A stretch of DNA of 64,000 bases from Lingula anatina (taxonomy: Eukaryota > Animalia > Brachiopoda): assembly GCA_051362555.1 (NCBI GenBank), contig CM120648.1:7870587-7934586 (forward strand), in the 5' to 3' direction. Below, one piece after another: positions 21,636-38,800 of this stretch; position 1 is the stretch's first letter; the number at the start of each line of letters is the position of its first letter. Both the position numbers and the translations under genes were made by a program. The notes below the pieces were generated by a model. It searched no databases. It worked only from the letters and a program-made list of their open reading frames with translations, and had not been told where the DNA came from.

Positions 21636-24600
21636 GATCTGCCTGCCTGTCTATTCAAGTAACCTAACAGCTATGCATACTTGTCTGTGTGCCTTGTTAC
21701 CCTGCCTACTTACTTGCCCATGGCCAGCAAGGCAAAGGCCACCCTACTTTTCTGTCCACCAGACAAACTGACCACTGGCTGCATGGCTAGGTCACCTGAC
21801 AGTCCGAACGAACCCAGCTGGTGTCGATACTCCTCTGTGTTTCTACCTAGAAAAAAAGAGAGAAAAGGGATTTTAGTAACTATGGGCAGTGGTCACTTTA
21901 GACAGTGGTCAGTTTGGACAGGGGACACTTCGGACCATGGTCACTTTGGAGTTTGGACAGTGGTCACTTTGGACAGTGGTCACTTTGGACAGCGGTCACT
22001 TTAGACAGTGGTCACTCACCAGGATATTTACTGGCTAGCACCTCCACAGAGCACTGATTCATGTCCAGCTGGTCTACATGATGCTGGCTGAAGTAGCCAA
22101 TCTTTAGATTTCGATGAATGTGACGGAAACCTTTGGTAGGTGATAGGTCTCCCAATAGAATCTTTAGCAGGGTGGTTTTACCTGCACCATTTTCACCAAC
22201 CTATGAAAGCAAAAGGGTGATTTTGAGTTGATTACAATATACTAATAACATCATGCAATATCATTTAAAAATATGCTCATCCTTCTGTAAGGTTTATTTT
22301 CATTTAATACTTTCTTTAGTCAATCTAGAACGAGACAAAATACCTGAAAATGGTGGTGGATGTAGAGAAAGATCTTGGATGTGAAGAAAGCAAAAAATTA
22401 ACAAGGCAGCAAAGCTGTCAAATGTACAGACAAAAAGCAGACAATAACAATGCACAAAACAGGCTACTGTCAATTCTGATGCAAAAGTACATTATGCTTA
22501 ACTGCAAATTCAACATCAAATTTTAATTATGCTCAACAGGTAATACCAATGTAAGTGAAATGTGTAACAAGCGTAAGGATTCAGGCCCATGGGAGTTTAA
22601 GTTCACACTTTGAAAATGCCAGAATGAGAAAAATGAAAATTTCACATAAAACTGCTTAAATTCAATAATAAATGATAACCCATTTGAGCTGGATTTCTAA
22701 TTTGAACTGCATGCCAATCCTACAAATCGTACTTGTAATTTGAAAATAATAATAAGTAACATAGTTTTCTTTTCATAATGTTTGTAGTAGCAGTGCAAAA
22801 AGATTTTTGTCAATTTTGATGTAACATTACATAATAAATTACATAATAATTATCACCAATTTTTGATTATTGACTACAAATAGCATGGACATGTAGAAAA
22901 TTTGATTACCATTTGGCTTCATGTCCATGGGAGCTTCGAGTCCCACAATGAATATGCCAACATGATAAAAATGAATATTTCACTAAAATGTATAACTTCC
23001 AGAAAAAGAAGCCAATTAGACTGCTTTTCCAACTCAGGCTGCATTTTAGTCCTTTGTTTCTTTTTTGAAAGTTTGACACTCATAAGTAACATGGTTTTCC
23101 CATAATGGTCATCATGGCAGCAGCACCCAAAATCGTGTTTTCTTCTATTTTAATGCAATATTACATAATGCTTAACAGCATAATGACCATCAGTTTTTAA
23201 TAATAAAAGATCCGTATCGTGGATTTTCAGAAAATGTGACTAGCATGGGTCTTCAAGCCCGTGGAGGTTCTAAGTCACACCTTGAAAATGCCAATATGTG
23301 AAAAATTAAATTTTCACAAAAAGCTGATTAACTGCCAAAAAAAATTACCAAATAGTCTGCATTGCCCACTGAAGCTTTATTTAAGTCCCATGTTTCTTCT
23401 TGTAAGTTTGAGAACAGTAAGTGACATGGTTTTCCTTAAATGGTCATCATGGGAGCAGTGTCCAAAATAGGGGTGTCTTCAAATTTTGATGCACTATTAC
23501 ATAATGTTTAACAGGATAATTACCATCAATTTTTAATTATAAAATATTAGTATCATGGATATTCAGAAAATGTTCCTAGCAAAGGTCTTCAGGCCAAAGG
23601 AACTTCAAAGTCACACCTTGAAAATGCCAAAATGTAGACAAGACAGCACTGTCCTGAAATGTTTTTTTTTCCATTTTTAACAATTTTTTAACACATAACA
23701 AAATTAACAATTTACTGCCATTTATATATGATCAACTAAGAAAATTGATGAGATGGGAAAAATATCAATAGAACAGTGTTTAATGTCCAATTTCCTCCAT
23801 TCTGAGTTTCTGAACATAGTGAATGAATGAATCTGACAAACTGCAATGATATGAGTTTATTTCCATTTTTGAAACTCTATTATACAATACATGATAACAA
23901 GTTTACCATCATTTTTACATAATCAACTAACAATGTTGTAAAGATGCAGGAAATGTCAAACAAACACTTTTACGAATCTTATTAGTTAAATAATGAGACT
24001 GTTAACATGCCTAAGTATTGAATCTGAGGAAATGTTTAAAAACAGCATAACTTATAAAATAATGCCCCGATTATGCTGATTTTCAAACTTGACCTGCATT
24101 TTAGTAAGATTGATTACTCCTGTGAGTTTCATGACAACAGGTCTATCGGTTTTCCTTGAAATGTGTTAACAGTGTTGCACATATGCTGAAAAGTGAAAAA
24201 AAACAGCATAACTACTAAAATAGTGGCCCGATCATGCCGATTTTCGAACTTGATCTGCGTTTTAGTAAGATTAATTACTCCTGTGAGTTTCATGACAACA
24301 GGCCTATCGGTTTTCCTTGAAATGTGTTAACAGTGTTGCATATATGCTAAAAAGTGAAAACACAGCATAAATACTACAATAATTGCCCAAACATGCTGAT
24401 TTTCGAACTTGACCTGCGTTTTATGAATATTCATCAGCTCTGTAAATATAAAGCCAAAAAGTAAAACTGTCTTCCACTTATCGTGTTAACGATGAAAGTG
24501 CACGGCGACGGCGACATCGACGGCAACAGGGATGGCGACAGGGACGGCGACGACAGACGCAGGTGATGGCAATATGTACAGACACATCTGTGTCTGTACA

Positions 24601-27600
24601 TAAAAATTTAAGAAGGAAAGAGGTATGAACTATCAGATATCTCAGGGAAGGAGATAACAATAAAGGGTGTGTTGATAAAGTCATAAAATACATCATTCTT
24701 CCATCCAAAAAAAAATGTACATATATTGCTTTAAAAATCGAAATTTACCACACAAATCCTGGATTCCATATCTGCGGACACGCAAACATTTTTGAAAATA
24801 ATTTTTTCTTTAGTGTAGTAGAAATCTACTTCATCAAGCTGCAGGATGGGTGGAGAGAGAGACTCAACATCTGGAAACCTGCAACAAAAGATTATTTTTT
24901 ATCATATTATGTCAATTTTTTTTCCAATAAAATTATACTATCAAAACTTTACTGGATATCACTACTTTTGAAGGTTTATGATTTCAAAACATTTTCTTCA
25001 ATCCTATGTTGGACACTTATAACAGAGTCTGAATTAAAAACTGGAAAATATTTGATTTTAGTTAATTACATAAACCTACTGAGAACTTTTACAAAATGAT
25101 ATAAATTTTTTTAAAACTCAAAGAATCTGAAACTGAACTTCCAATTTGTTAACTTTTTTTCAGTTGTGTGAAAGTATATAAACATAAACATGTTTGTAAC
25201 ATTCAACTTATAGTACATATCATTTTTTCTTTAAAAAATCAAGAAATGATGATATCAGAGAACCACATATCTTTAGAATTCCTTACACATTGTGTCATAA
25301 AACTTACCTAAAGACTATATCTGTCTCTTTTTCAACTGGTTTTAATACTGGTCTAAAATACAAGATAATAAATATAATTAATTCAAAAACATGGTCTAAA
25401 CAGCACCACTTCTCATCACTAGTGGGCTTGATTTGGTCTTAAAGTGCAATTTAAGAGCACAAATAGTCTTACATGGTCTTCAAACATGAGTAAGACCATT
25501 TCTAGTCTGACGGCCAATTAAGTTGTCTCCCCTTACACATTCACCTATTGTGAGCAGAGGTGTCCTCTATTGTGAGGGGAGGTATCCCCCATTGTGAGGT
25601 AAGGAAACTGCTTGACCACTTAAGTAGATGTTAGATCATTTTTTATCTTAAAAGCAGATTCAGTCCTTTTTAAGACTACTGCTGTAATTTTTAAGATCGT
25701 GTAAGATCACTTGTGCTCTTAAATTGCACTTTAAGACCAAATCTAGCCCACTAGTGCATGTCACTGATCATTACATCATTCCACTAAGACACAACTGAGT
25801 TGGTGGTAAAGAGCCAAGAGGAAACACCCCTTTTCTGATCCTCTAGTTTTGTCTGATTTTACTTTTAAATTAATTCTTCAAAACTTAGTATTAAGATTGG
25901 CATTGATGACTGTAAGATGCACATAAAACAGGATGCTTTTAAAAGATAAAATTTAAATCATCATCATCATCATAGTAATACTGAAGTATTAATTATTGCT
26001 ATTATTATGAGCATAATAACCATCACTAAGTTGAGGGTAAAAATGCAACTTTTCACTCAAGTTACTATCTATGAGCATTAGCACTGACTGAAGAATCTAT
26101 TTTCTTTCAAGATTCTTTCTTTACTTACAATTTTTCTAACAGCTTAATCTTACTCTGTACTAAAGAGGCCCTCTTGGCATTGTAACGGAATTTGTCTATA
26201 AAAACCTGAAAATTCAAGAATTTTATTAGGCATTCGGAAAGCAATTAGTTAAAACATTAACGTTACAAAAGTCATAACTGTATATATTACTATAATACAT
26301 GTAACAAGTTATATCATAAATTTCAAATATCTCAAATAAATCTGACGTTCCCTTGTTTTTTTGGTAATTTTTGTGGCATGCTTACCAATTTTCAAAAAAT
26401 TACTTCCAAATTTGTGCTTTTCTTCTCTTTTAAGTGCACCCAACAAAAAAAATTAAATTCTATTTTGCTACTCTACAACAAAAGTTTGCTTAAAAAATCA
26501 GCTAAATAAAATAATTAAAAAAAATTCTTTTATTTTACTTCACCTGTACATGTTCTCTATACTGCATCTGTGCCTCATACTCTTTACGCTGATTTTTTAT
26601 CTTTTCCGTCCTTGTCTTCACAAAGTTCTCAAAGTTTCCCTTATAACAATCTATCTCTTGTGAGAAAAGATGCATGATATCTGTAGCGACGGAATTCAGG
26701 AACTCTCTGTCGTGAGATACGACTAAAATCGTGGTAGGCCACGTCTGAAAATAAAACAATATAGATAAATAAGAGTTTATACACATGAAGGTCAAATCAT
26801 AATATTCATGCAATGACTTTTATTTATCCAAATAATTTAATTTCCACCTGGTAGACTCAATATTCACAAAGATTCAAAAGATAATATTACAGTGGCATAT
26901 CAAATTGAGGTTACTAAGAAACAATACATTTTTTTAAATTATAGACTTTTCTTTTTTTGTTTTATTTTCTAACCTATTTAATAACATATTAGTGATCACA
27001 TTTGGAACATAAAATATCTACAGACTACTACTGGCAGTTGTCACAAAAGTGAAACATAACTGTTTTATAATTATTTTCTATTCCAAAGTAAGTAATCATC
27101 ACTACTAATATGTCACTAAATAAAAATAATCTTGGAACCATGAACAATCTTATGGAAAATATTCTCACCTGTAGATAATTTTCAAGCCAAATAATTGCCT
27201 TCATATCCAACATGTTGGTGGGTTCTGAAACCCAAAGAGAAAACTCTGACAAATGCAGTACGGTATCCAATAATAGCAACAAAAAATACCTTTAAAAGAT
27301 TTTAAATCATCAAAATTTTCTGTCCTTATTACTTTTGATAAAAAATCTAAAACATATATTATGTTTTCTGCACGATTTCTTAACTAATCTAATCTTTAAT
27401 CTAAAACTTTTATCTACGTTTATATCAAACTTTCAAAACCTACCATCAAGTAAGAGCAGATCTGGTCTGAAAAGAAAAACATTAAACAAACATTACACAG
27501 TAATCAAACTTAAATGAAAGTAACTGTTTCTTTTAAATAAATTAATTAATGAATGAAAATTCTCAGGAAAGTGCTGCCACATACAATACAAATTGGTCCA

Positions 27601-30600
27601 ATACAACCACCCAACAATTAAACTTTTCTGACTTCAAAGAAGAAAATTCAAAATACATATACAAGCATGTGAATGCATTCCAGTTGGTAAGCTTTACAGG
27701 ATAACTTACTTGGCAAACAGAGCCCTGGCTAGGGCCAACCTCATCCTCCAACCACCAGAAAATTCTCTGCAAATAGTTTCTTAAAGTTTGAATCAGAAAA
27801 TGCTCTTTTTCATGAGACTGTTACTCGATACATTAAAACAGCCATGATACCAAAACTAAATCCATGAATAATGGCATTAAAGGCCCAGTCACAATGTCGG
27901 TGATCTGTCGGGGATTAGTTTTGGCCGGGGGTCGTCGTAGAAAATAAAGAATCCTTGAACAATCATAGCAATAATCCTAATAAAAGTGGAGCAGTCACAT
28001 TGTCTGAGATTTTTTCAAGGATTTTGACCCGGTTTTGTAAAAAAATCGTGGGATTAGCCTCCGATCGCCTCCGATTGCATCGGAGGCGATCGGAGACGAT
28101 ATCTGCGAGCGTCTTTTCTTGTAATTTTTTTCCCCCTGGGTATATGTGGGGGAAAAGGGAAAAGGAAAAGTCTCAAATTATTCGGAGGACGCCTCCGATT
28201 AATCGGAGGGCATCGTAGGTCATCGGAGATTGTGTCTGGGATGCCCAAAATGGGTGAAAAATCTTGCGAGCAATCTTAAAATTTTAAGTTCAAAGTTGGG
28301 GACCGCGACGGGTGTGGCGATGTCTAAAAAATCTGCGACAACCCGCAGGCGTCCGGAGAGCGCCTCTGACGGGTGCAAAATCGTGAGATCTGTCTCAAGA
28401 TTTTGTTCAAATTTCCGGGGTTTTACCCATCCCCGACGCATCGCAACTGATTTGTGACTGGGCCTTAAATGTACAATGTAAATTCTGGACAACTTGCCTC
28501 TTTCAAATTTATCATTTTTCAGTCACTACTATATATCAAAACAGGATAGAATAAAAAATTAAACTTCTAAATTTCAGTCACTTAAAACATATTTATTCTT
28601 TGTAGGGTACCTGTTCCACTAGCTTATATTCATTCTCCCATTTACTTACTTTGTGGTACTCCTTTGCATTTGTGGGGTGAACCCCAAACCTGACAAAATC
28701 ATGGCTGCTCTGGCCGGGGCCTTGTCTGCCTCCATAGCCTCTAGCTGAGCATAAACTTCTGTCAGCCGTGTACTTAGACCATCCTCTGTACTGTTTGGAC
28801 TAGAGAGAAAAAAATTGTTTTGATTTTATTTTCTATCTAGATTATGCCACACATTCTACTTTCATAGATGGCAAAGTAACAGTGCTCTCTTTAATGAACT
28901 TGACTGTTTCATTTGATAACTAACTTATAGCAAATTTTAATGAAAGTTATAAAATTCATCCAGTTAAATTCAAACTCAAACAAATATAGTCCTGGCTAAA
29001 TGAAAAAGTGCCACTCCAGGCAAGTATTTTTTCCATTTCAGTGTCTTCTTCAACCAATGTTCTGTTGGCGTTTCACATACACTAACATCTTATTATAATA
29101 TAGTTTCTTTCAATGTCTAGATATAGTATCATAATCAAGGTTATCATATACACCACCATGTAAATGCTATATATGATGAAATCAGCCCTGTCAAATGCGA
29201 CTGACTTTCAGATTTGGAGTTGAAATTGAAACAAAATTTTATTTTTTAAAGTTCACATTCCAAGCCAAGAGGAGAAGATAGATGGTCATTTCAAATATTT
29301 CTCCTTTATCTACTGATCTTATTTTAAGGGTTACTTAACTCAGACCAAATATTTTTTGAGGCCTACTCAACCAAGGCACTAGAGTGCTGGAAAAGGTAAA
29401 AAACAATCTAAAGAAGAATCGGCAACACTCACGATAACGACTATAAACAATGAGTCAATAAAACTTAAATATTACCTAGTTGAATTTATCTTGGCAGTGA
29501 TTTCTCTCTCTTCTCGTAGTAGACTTTCTCTTTTCTCGTCTGACTGAAGTACGCTATCCACAGCGATTGTGTCGTCCCCTACGACTTCCTGTTCAACATG
29601 GAGGATTGTGATATGAGACGCAATCTTGAGCTGACGACTGAAAAAAAAACAGGTGTTAAATAGTTCCCTAAAGGCTTGTGCTACTAAGACCCTAACAATA
29701 CTGTCAACAAAACTGGGAGTGAGTGCTGCATGACCTCTCTGAAGGTTAGCAATCCCCATTTCCTGCATGTGATATTCAAAATACTGCTTCTCCAAGCTAC
29801 ACCAGCAGAGCTTGAATACTATAACACAAGTGGATAAAAATACTAAACATTAAAATAAGGCTATCCTATCAATATGCGTGGCTACAAGGGGCTAAGCACA
29901 AACAAAGTAACAGTTCAAAAGATGTCTTCCCCCCCCCCCCCCCCTTCACTTAAAAAATAGAATCTTGTCCAACCTCCTGAATCACATATTTAAATATTCA
30001 ATCAATCAAATCTCTACATAAATATCTTTACTTTTAATCAAAAGAAGAAATCCACCTATATAATCAACCTCCCCCTCCCTCCCCCTCCCAACCCTCCCTC
30101 GCAACAGCCAGGGCCCCCAGTGACAGCATACCTGGCTATCATTCGTAGCAAAGTGGTCTTTCCCTTTCCATTCTTGCCTACGAGACCATACCTGCGGCCA
30201 AATGCCATGTTGATGGAGGCACCTTTAATGAGAACTCTGTGAAGAGAAGTGACTTTTTGAAAACACAAAACAAAAAAGCACATTTCTGAGATTATACATG
30301 AACTAAACTTACATACAACTGTTTATCGTATAACATTCTGTCACAAGTTGTTATCACTTTACCAGGGTGAGAGATACAATAAAGAAAACTTAAATTTCAA
30401 AGACACACACAATGCATAATATTGTGCAAAAATTGACTATTGGTAATCAATTATCAAGATTGTTAATAAAATTAAAGTATTAATGTATTTAATATTATTT
30501 TTCAAAGTACAGGCATTTCTTTGACAACTTGTCAACTCTTACTTACAGGCTACCGTAGGATATATCAAAGTTGTCAATCCTGATGTCATAGCTTCTATTA

Positions 30601-32978
30601 GCACCAGATGAATCAAATTTCACGTCTTTGCGGTTGGTCTGTTGACTAGCACTGGCCGCCTGCAGCAAATCACTATAGAAAAAATTTGAATTAATAAGAT
30701 GGTAAAATATACATCCATTCTTAGCACTACTACTCCATGAGTGGAAGTTGTTAAAACTGAAAACCCTGAAAAGTAGCTTGCAATTTCTCATAGAATTTAT
30801 ACAATTTGAAAAAAAAAAGGATCAAAATGAAGTCTGAAAACCCTGAAATCAGATATAATCCTCAAAACTTTTACCTGTGGTTTGCTTGCAAACACTGGAA
30901 CCCTTCTTTCATTTTTCTTAGTTCCAGTAAAAGATGAAGAGCAAACAGGTGTTTTAAAAAATACACACTGGCACAGTGATCTCATTCTATGTGATGGAAA
31001 TATGCATGGTACATGTTATGGAAGGCACATTCCCAATGAAACTATTGTTCTATCTGGCTCGGTCCAAATCTCAGGAACTGTCGCTGAATGCAATCAGCTT
31101 AACAGATTAGCATGTCTTCTCCTGGCATTGAGTAAAATACAGAAAGGTTGGTGCTTATGCAAGTACATTGAAAACAAGAGTAGGTGTGTTGATCTGCTAA
31201 TTAAATATGATTGCATTCAGTGACAGTCCCTGAGGAGTTGGATCGATCAAACTAGATTTACAGTTTTATTGGGAATGAGCCCTAAGACTTACTCGCTTGA
31301 GATCACCCTGGGAACAGATTCCTGGTCAGAACGTTTCTCTTGTTTCTGCTTCAACTTTGCTTCAGCTTTCTCTAGCTTTTTCTGATCTACAATCTGGAAG
31401 AATGGAAGAAAAATGTTATCTAGTTCATGATTGAGGAAAAACAGTCACCGCTACAAAAACATCTGGCCATGAGATATACAAAATAAATGTTAACAACTCA
31501 TATTTGTTTTGGTGACACTTCACTTCATTCAAATCAATAATTTTTACTATAAAAATACTACAAGTTTTAAGATAAACTTCCATAAGCTGATTATATACAT
31601 AATTGCTAAAAAAAACATGTACACAGTAAATTACTTTAAATATCACAGTAACTCTTTTTTAATGTTTCAGAAAATAACAATTACGACCAAGTTGTTTACA
31701 AACAATAAATAAACATGGCATCAATCTTACCGTAGAATCAGCTTTTTTCGCTATCCATATATTTGATTCTTGTATATCTTTATCTGCTGAATCTTCTACG
31801 AGCTTCCCAAGATGCACTGGGGCATCTAATATTCTATGTGGTCCATTCTTTTTACTGTCTTTTTCATCTTCATCTCTGAGAAAATAAGTGACAAACATTA
31901 AATAACAGTGTTACATACGAGTAATTACCTCACCAGTGCATAATTGGAAATTTGACAGAATATTATAATGTTAAGAAGAACAAAAAAAATTAAAATGTTT
32001 TTCTCAATGAAATTGGATATGACAAAGCATTTTCATTTATAAATAATTTATTGTAATAAATTAGATGTCTGTTTCCACATTAAACAGCATGACTACAGCT
32101 AAAAGTTCTTATTCACTAGGTAAATATGTGACACCTGGTTGCTCCAATAACTTAAAACTTTTAAATGATTCAAATAAGTTCCACTCCTCTCCTCTCACCC
32201 TTTTAACATATGGAATAACTTGTCACATATGTCTTGAACTTCTTCCTCTGATTTGTCCTGGTCCACCTCTGAGAGCACAGGTCCCACTGCTTCATAGACA
32301 TCCTCATTGCTCTCAAAGTCAGCCTGGCTGCCTTCTAATACACCTGGAATGTTGTAATATTTAAGCATGAAATCAGAAGAAGGCATGGTGCCACATACTT
32401 ACATAACATTTTTTTTACAGAAATGTTTTAATCCAATTATGTGCGATTATCCAATTAGTGTGAACAGAAAAAAATGTGTGGATGAGTGGGGATAATGAAT
32501 CTTATTTAACTGACGGCAATTTTTCCATAATATTTGCATAATGTAAACATGTTTATAAGATTCAGATAACATCTTTTAGTTTCAGAACATAGACACTGAG
32601 ATAATAATAGAAATTAAATTAATATCTAGTATAAGAGTCAATTTCATTTCGAACATTATTTCAGTATAAAACAACTGGGTGAATCGAAACATTCAACAAC
32701 AACGTTACTCCAATAGAAGACTCCGCTTCAAAAGAGTACGCTTAACGTTGAACTTCTAACATTTCACCTTCACCGACACGATTTCTTATTTGTCGTTGAA
32801 ATATTTGGGAGATTTGCAGGCTCCTCTTCCATTTAAATACATAATTCTTAATATTCTAATTAAACATTGGTCTGATATTAAAGACTGGAAACAAATTGTA
32901 CTTACTAGTCACATACTGAAGCAATTCTCCCTCAATCAAAGGAAAATGTTCCGTGATCACTGAGATGCATGCTTCCAT
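20676..32978 (-). CDS. ABCF3: ATP-binding cassette subfamily F member 3 (GCN20-like), about 716 aa, 19 exons
   Basis: Exons 32978-32906, 32343-32199, 31875-31731, 31393-31293, 30672-30547, 30236-30132, 29637-29476, 28799-28650, 27766-27710, 27466-27444, 27224-27169, 26744-26544, 26205-26129, 25352-25308, 24878-24749, 22200-22020, 21846-21714, 21305-21218, 20828-20676; total 2151 nt, all GT-AG and in phase. Two nucleotide-binding domains ([28 protein letters not shown]; [27 protein letters not shown]), no TM segments, and an ABCF3-type N-terminus. Confidence 0.96.
21884..22016. repeat. 16-bp minisatellite (GGACAGTGGTCACTTT)n, about 8 copies, filling most of an ABCF3 intron
   Basis: Direct tandem copies that run into the splice donor at 22018-22019. 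Confidence 0.9.
22465..23637. repeat. Degenerate tandem repeat, period about 335 bp, about 3.5 copies
   Basis: A CACAC.TTGAAAATGCCA-like anchor recurs at about 22604, 22940, 23275 and 23610. An ATTTTGATG...TTACATAAT anchor recurs at about 22472, 22812, 23147 and 23482. Confidence 0.8.
24040..24580. mobile_element. Helentron/HINE-like element remnant: about 160-bp tandem units followed by a GGCGAC-rich microsatellite
   Basis: Units beginning ACAGCATAA at about 24042, 24203 and 24362 share TTTTCGAACTTGA.CTGC.TTTTA. They are followed by CGGCGACGGCGAC...GTGATGGCAAT. The layout resembles mollusc Helentron-associated elements (family call is inference). Confidence 0.65.
25417..25756. mobile_element. 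CACTA/EnSpm-type MITE (340 bp) with a 3-bp target-site duplication
   Basis: CACTAGTGGGCTTGATTTGGTCTTAAAGTGCAATTTAAGAGCACAA / TTGTGCTCTTAAATTGCACTTTAAGACCAAATCTAGCCCACTAGTG, flanked by CAT on both sides. Confidence 0.88.
27881..28465. mobile_element. PIF/Harbinger-type non-autonomous element (585 bp)
   Basis: TIR AGGCCCAGTCACAA / TTGTGACTGGGCCT, TAA on both flanks, GC-rich interior with short internal palindromes; no transposase ORF. Confidence 0.88.
31024..31282. mobile_element. Diverged family-B-related MITE next to an ABCF3 splice donor
   Basis: CATTCCCAATGAAACT / AGTTTTATTGGGAATG inverted ends; inner arms CTGAATGCAATCA / TGATTGCATTCAG. Confidence 0.65.
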
Positions 32979-33615
32979 GTTGTCATCTGGTTGTGAAATT
33001 CCCACTTCCGGTACAAGCAGCGCAATCGGTTGCGACAACATTTTGATTGTCACAACTACTGCAATCAAAATCGTCTTTTTTCCAGCTGGTGAGCTATGAA
33101 CTTGGGCTTCTTTATAATCTTGTAAGCAAATTACTTATAGATAGTCTTTAGAGTGTATATATAAACATGTCAGTGCTCAATAAAGCATTATAAAAAGTTG
33201 CTTTTACACGAACTACTTGAAAGTATTTCGTTTTGCTTCTGGCCTGAGATGACACCTAGCTTGCAGTGACCCCCTTCAGGCCTGACATGGTATGATTCTT
33301 CGCTACAGCCATTTGTCTACGAAACGAGATGTAGCGAAAACTGCCGAATCATTTAATTAGTGATATGTTTAAAGAATTAGGGATAAAATATTAATAAATG
33401 GAATTCTTTTGCAAAATTGTCATTCAGTCAACTGTTTGCTTGATTTTCAAACTGTGCAAGCTGTTTGACAAATACCATATTTTTTACGACTCTGACGTCA
33501 CGGATGTCGGCCATATTGAATGTTGACAGAGCTCCAAGCACCAGGAAAAGAATTTTAAATAAGGTAATTAACGTCTGATTTGAAGAAAGGCACAGTCTTG
33601 TGACAAAAAAGGAAA
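32979..33615. promoter_or_regulatory. Bidirectional promoter region between ABCF3 and PDE6D
   Basis: Divergent ATGs separated by 637 nt; ETS ACTTCCGG at 33004-33011, CRE TGACGTCA at 33493-33500, YY1-like GCCATATT at about 33510. Confidence 0.65.

Positions 33616-38800
<5,185 letters not shown>

Noticed and set aside
21884-22016. Regularly spaced short repeats resembling a CRISPR array
   Set aside because: The units are contiguous with no unique spacers, lie in a eukaryotic intron, and no cas genes are present; this is a minisatellite.
27955-28492. ORFs inside the Harbinger-like element as a transposase
   Set aside because: Short, in several frames, with no DDE or Myb-like motifs; the element is non-autonomous.
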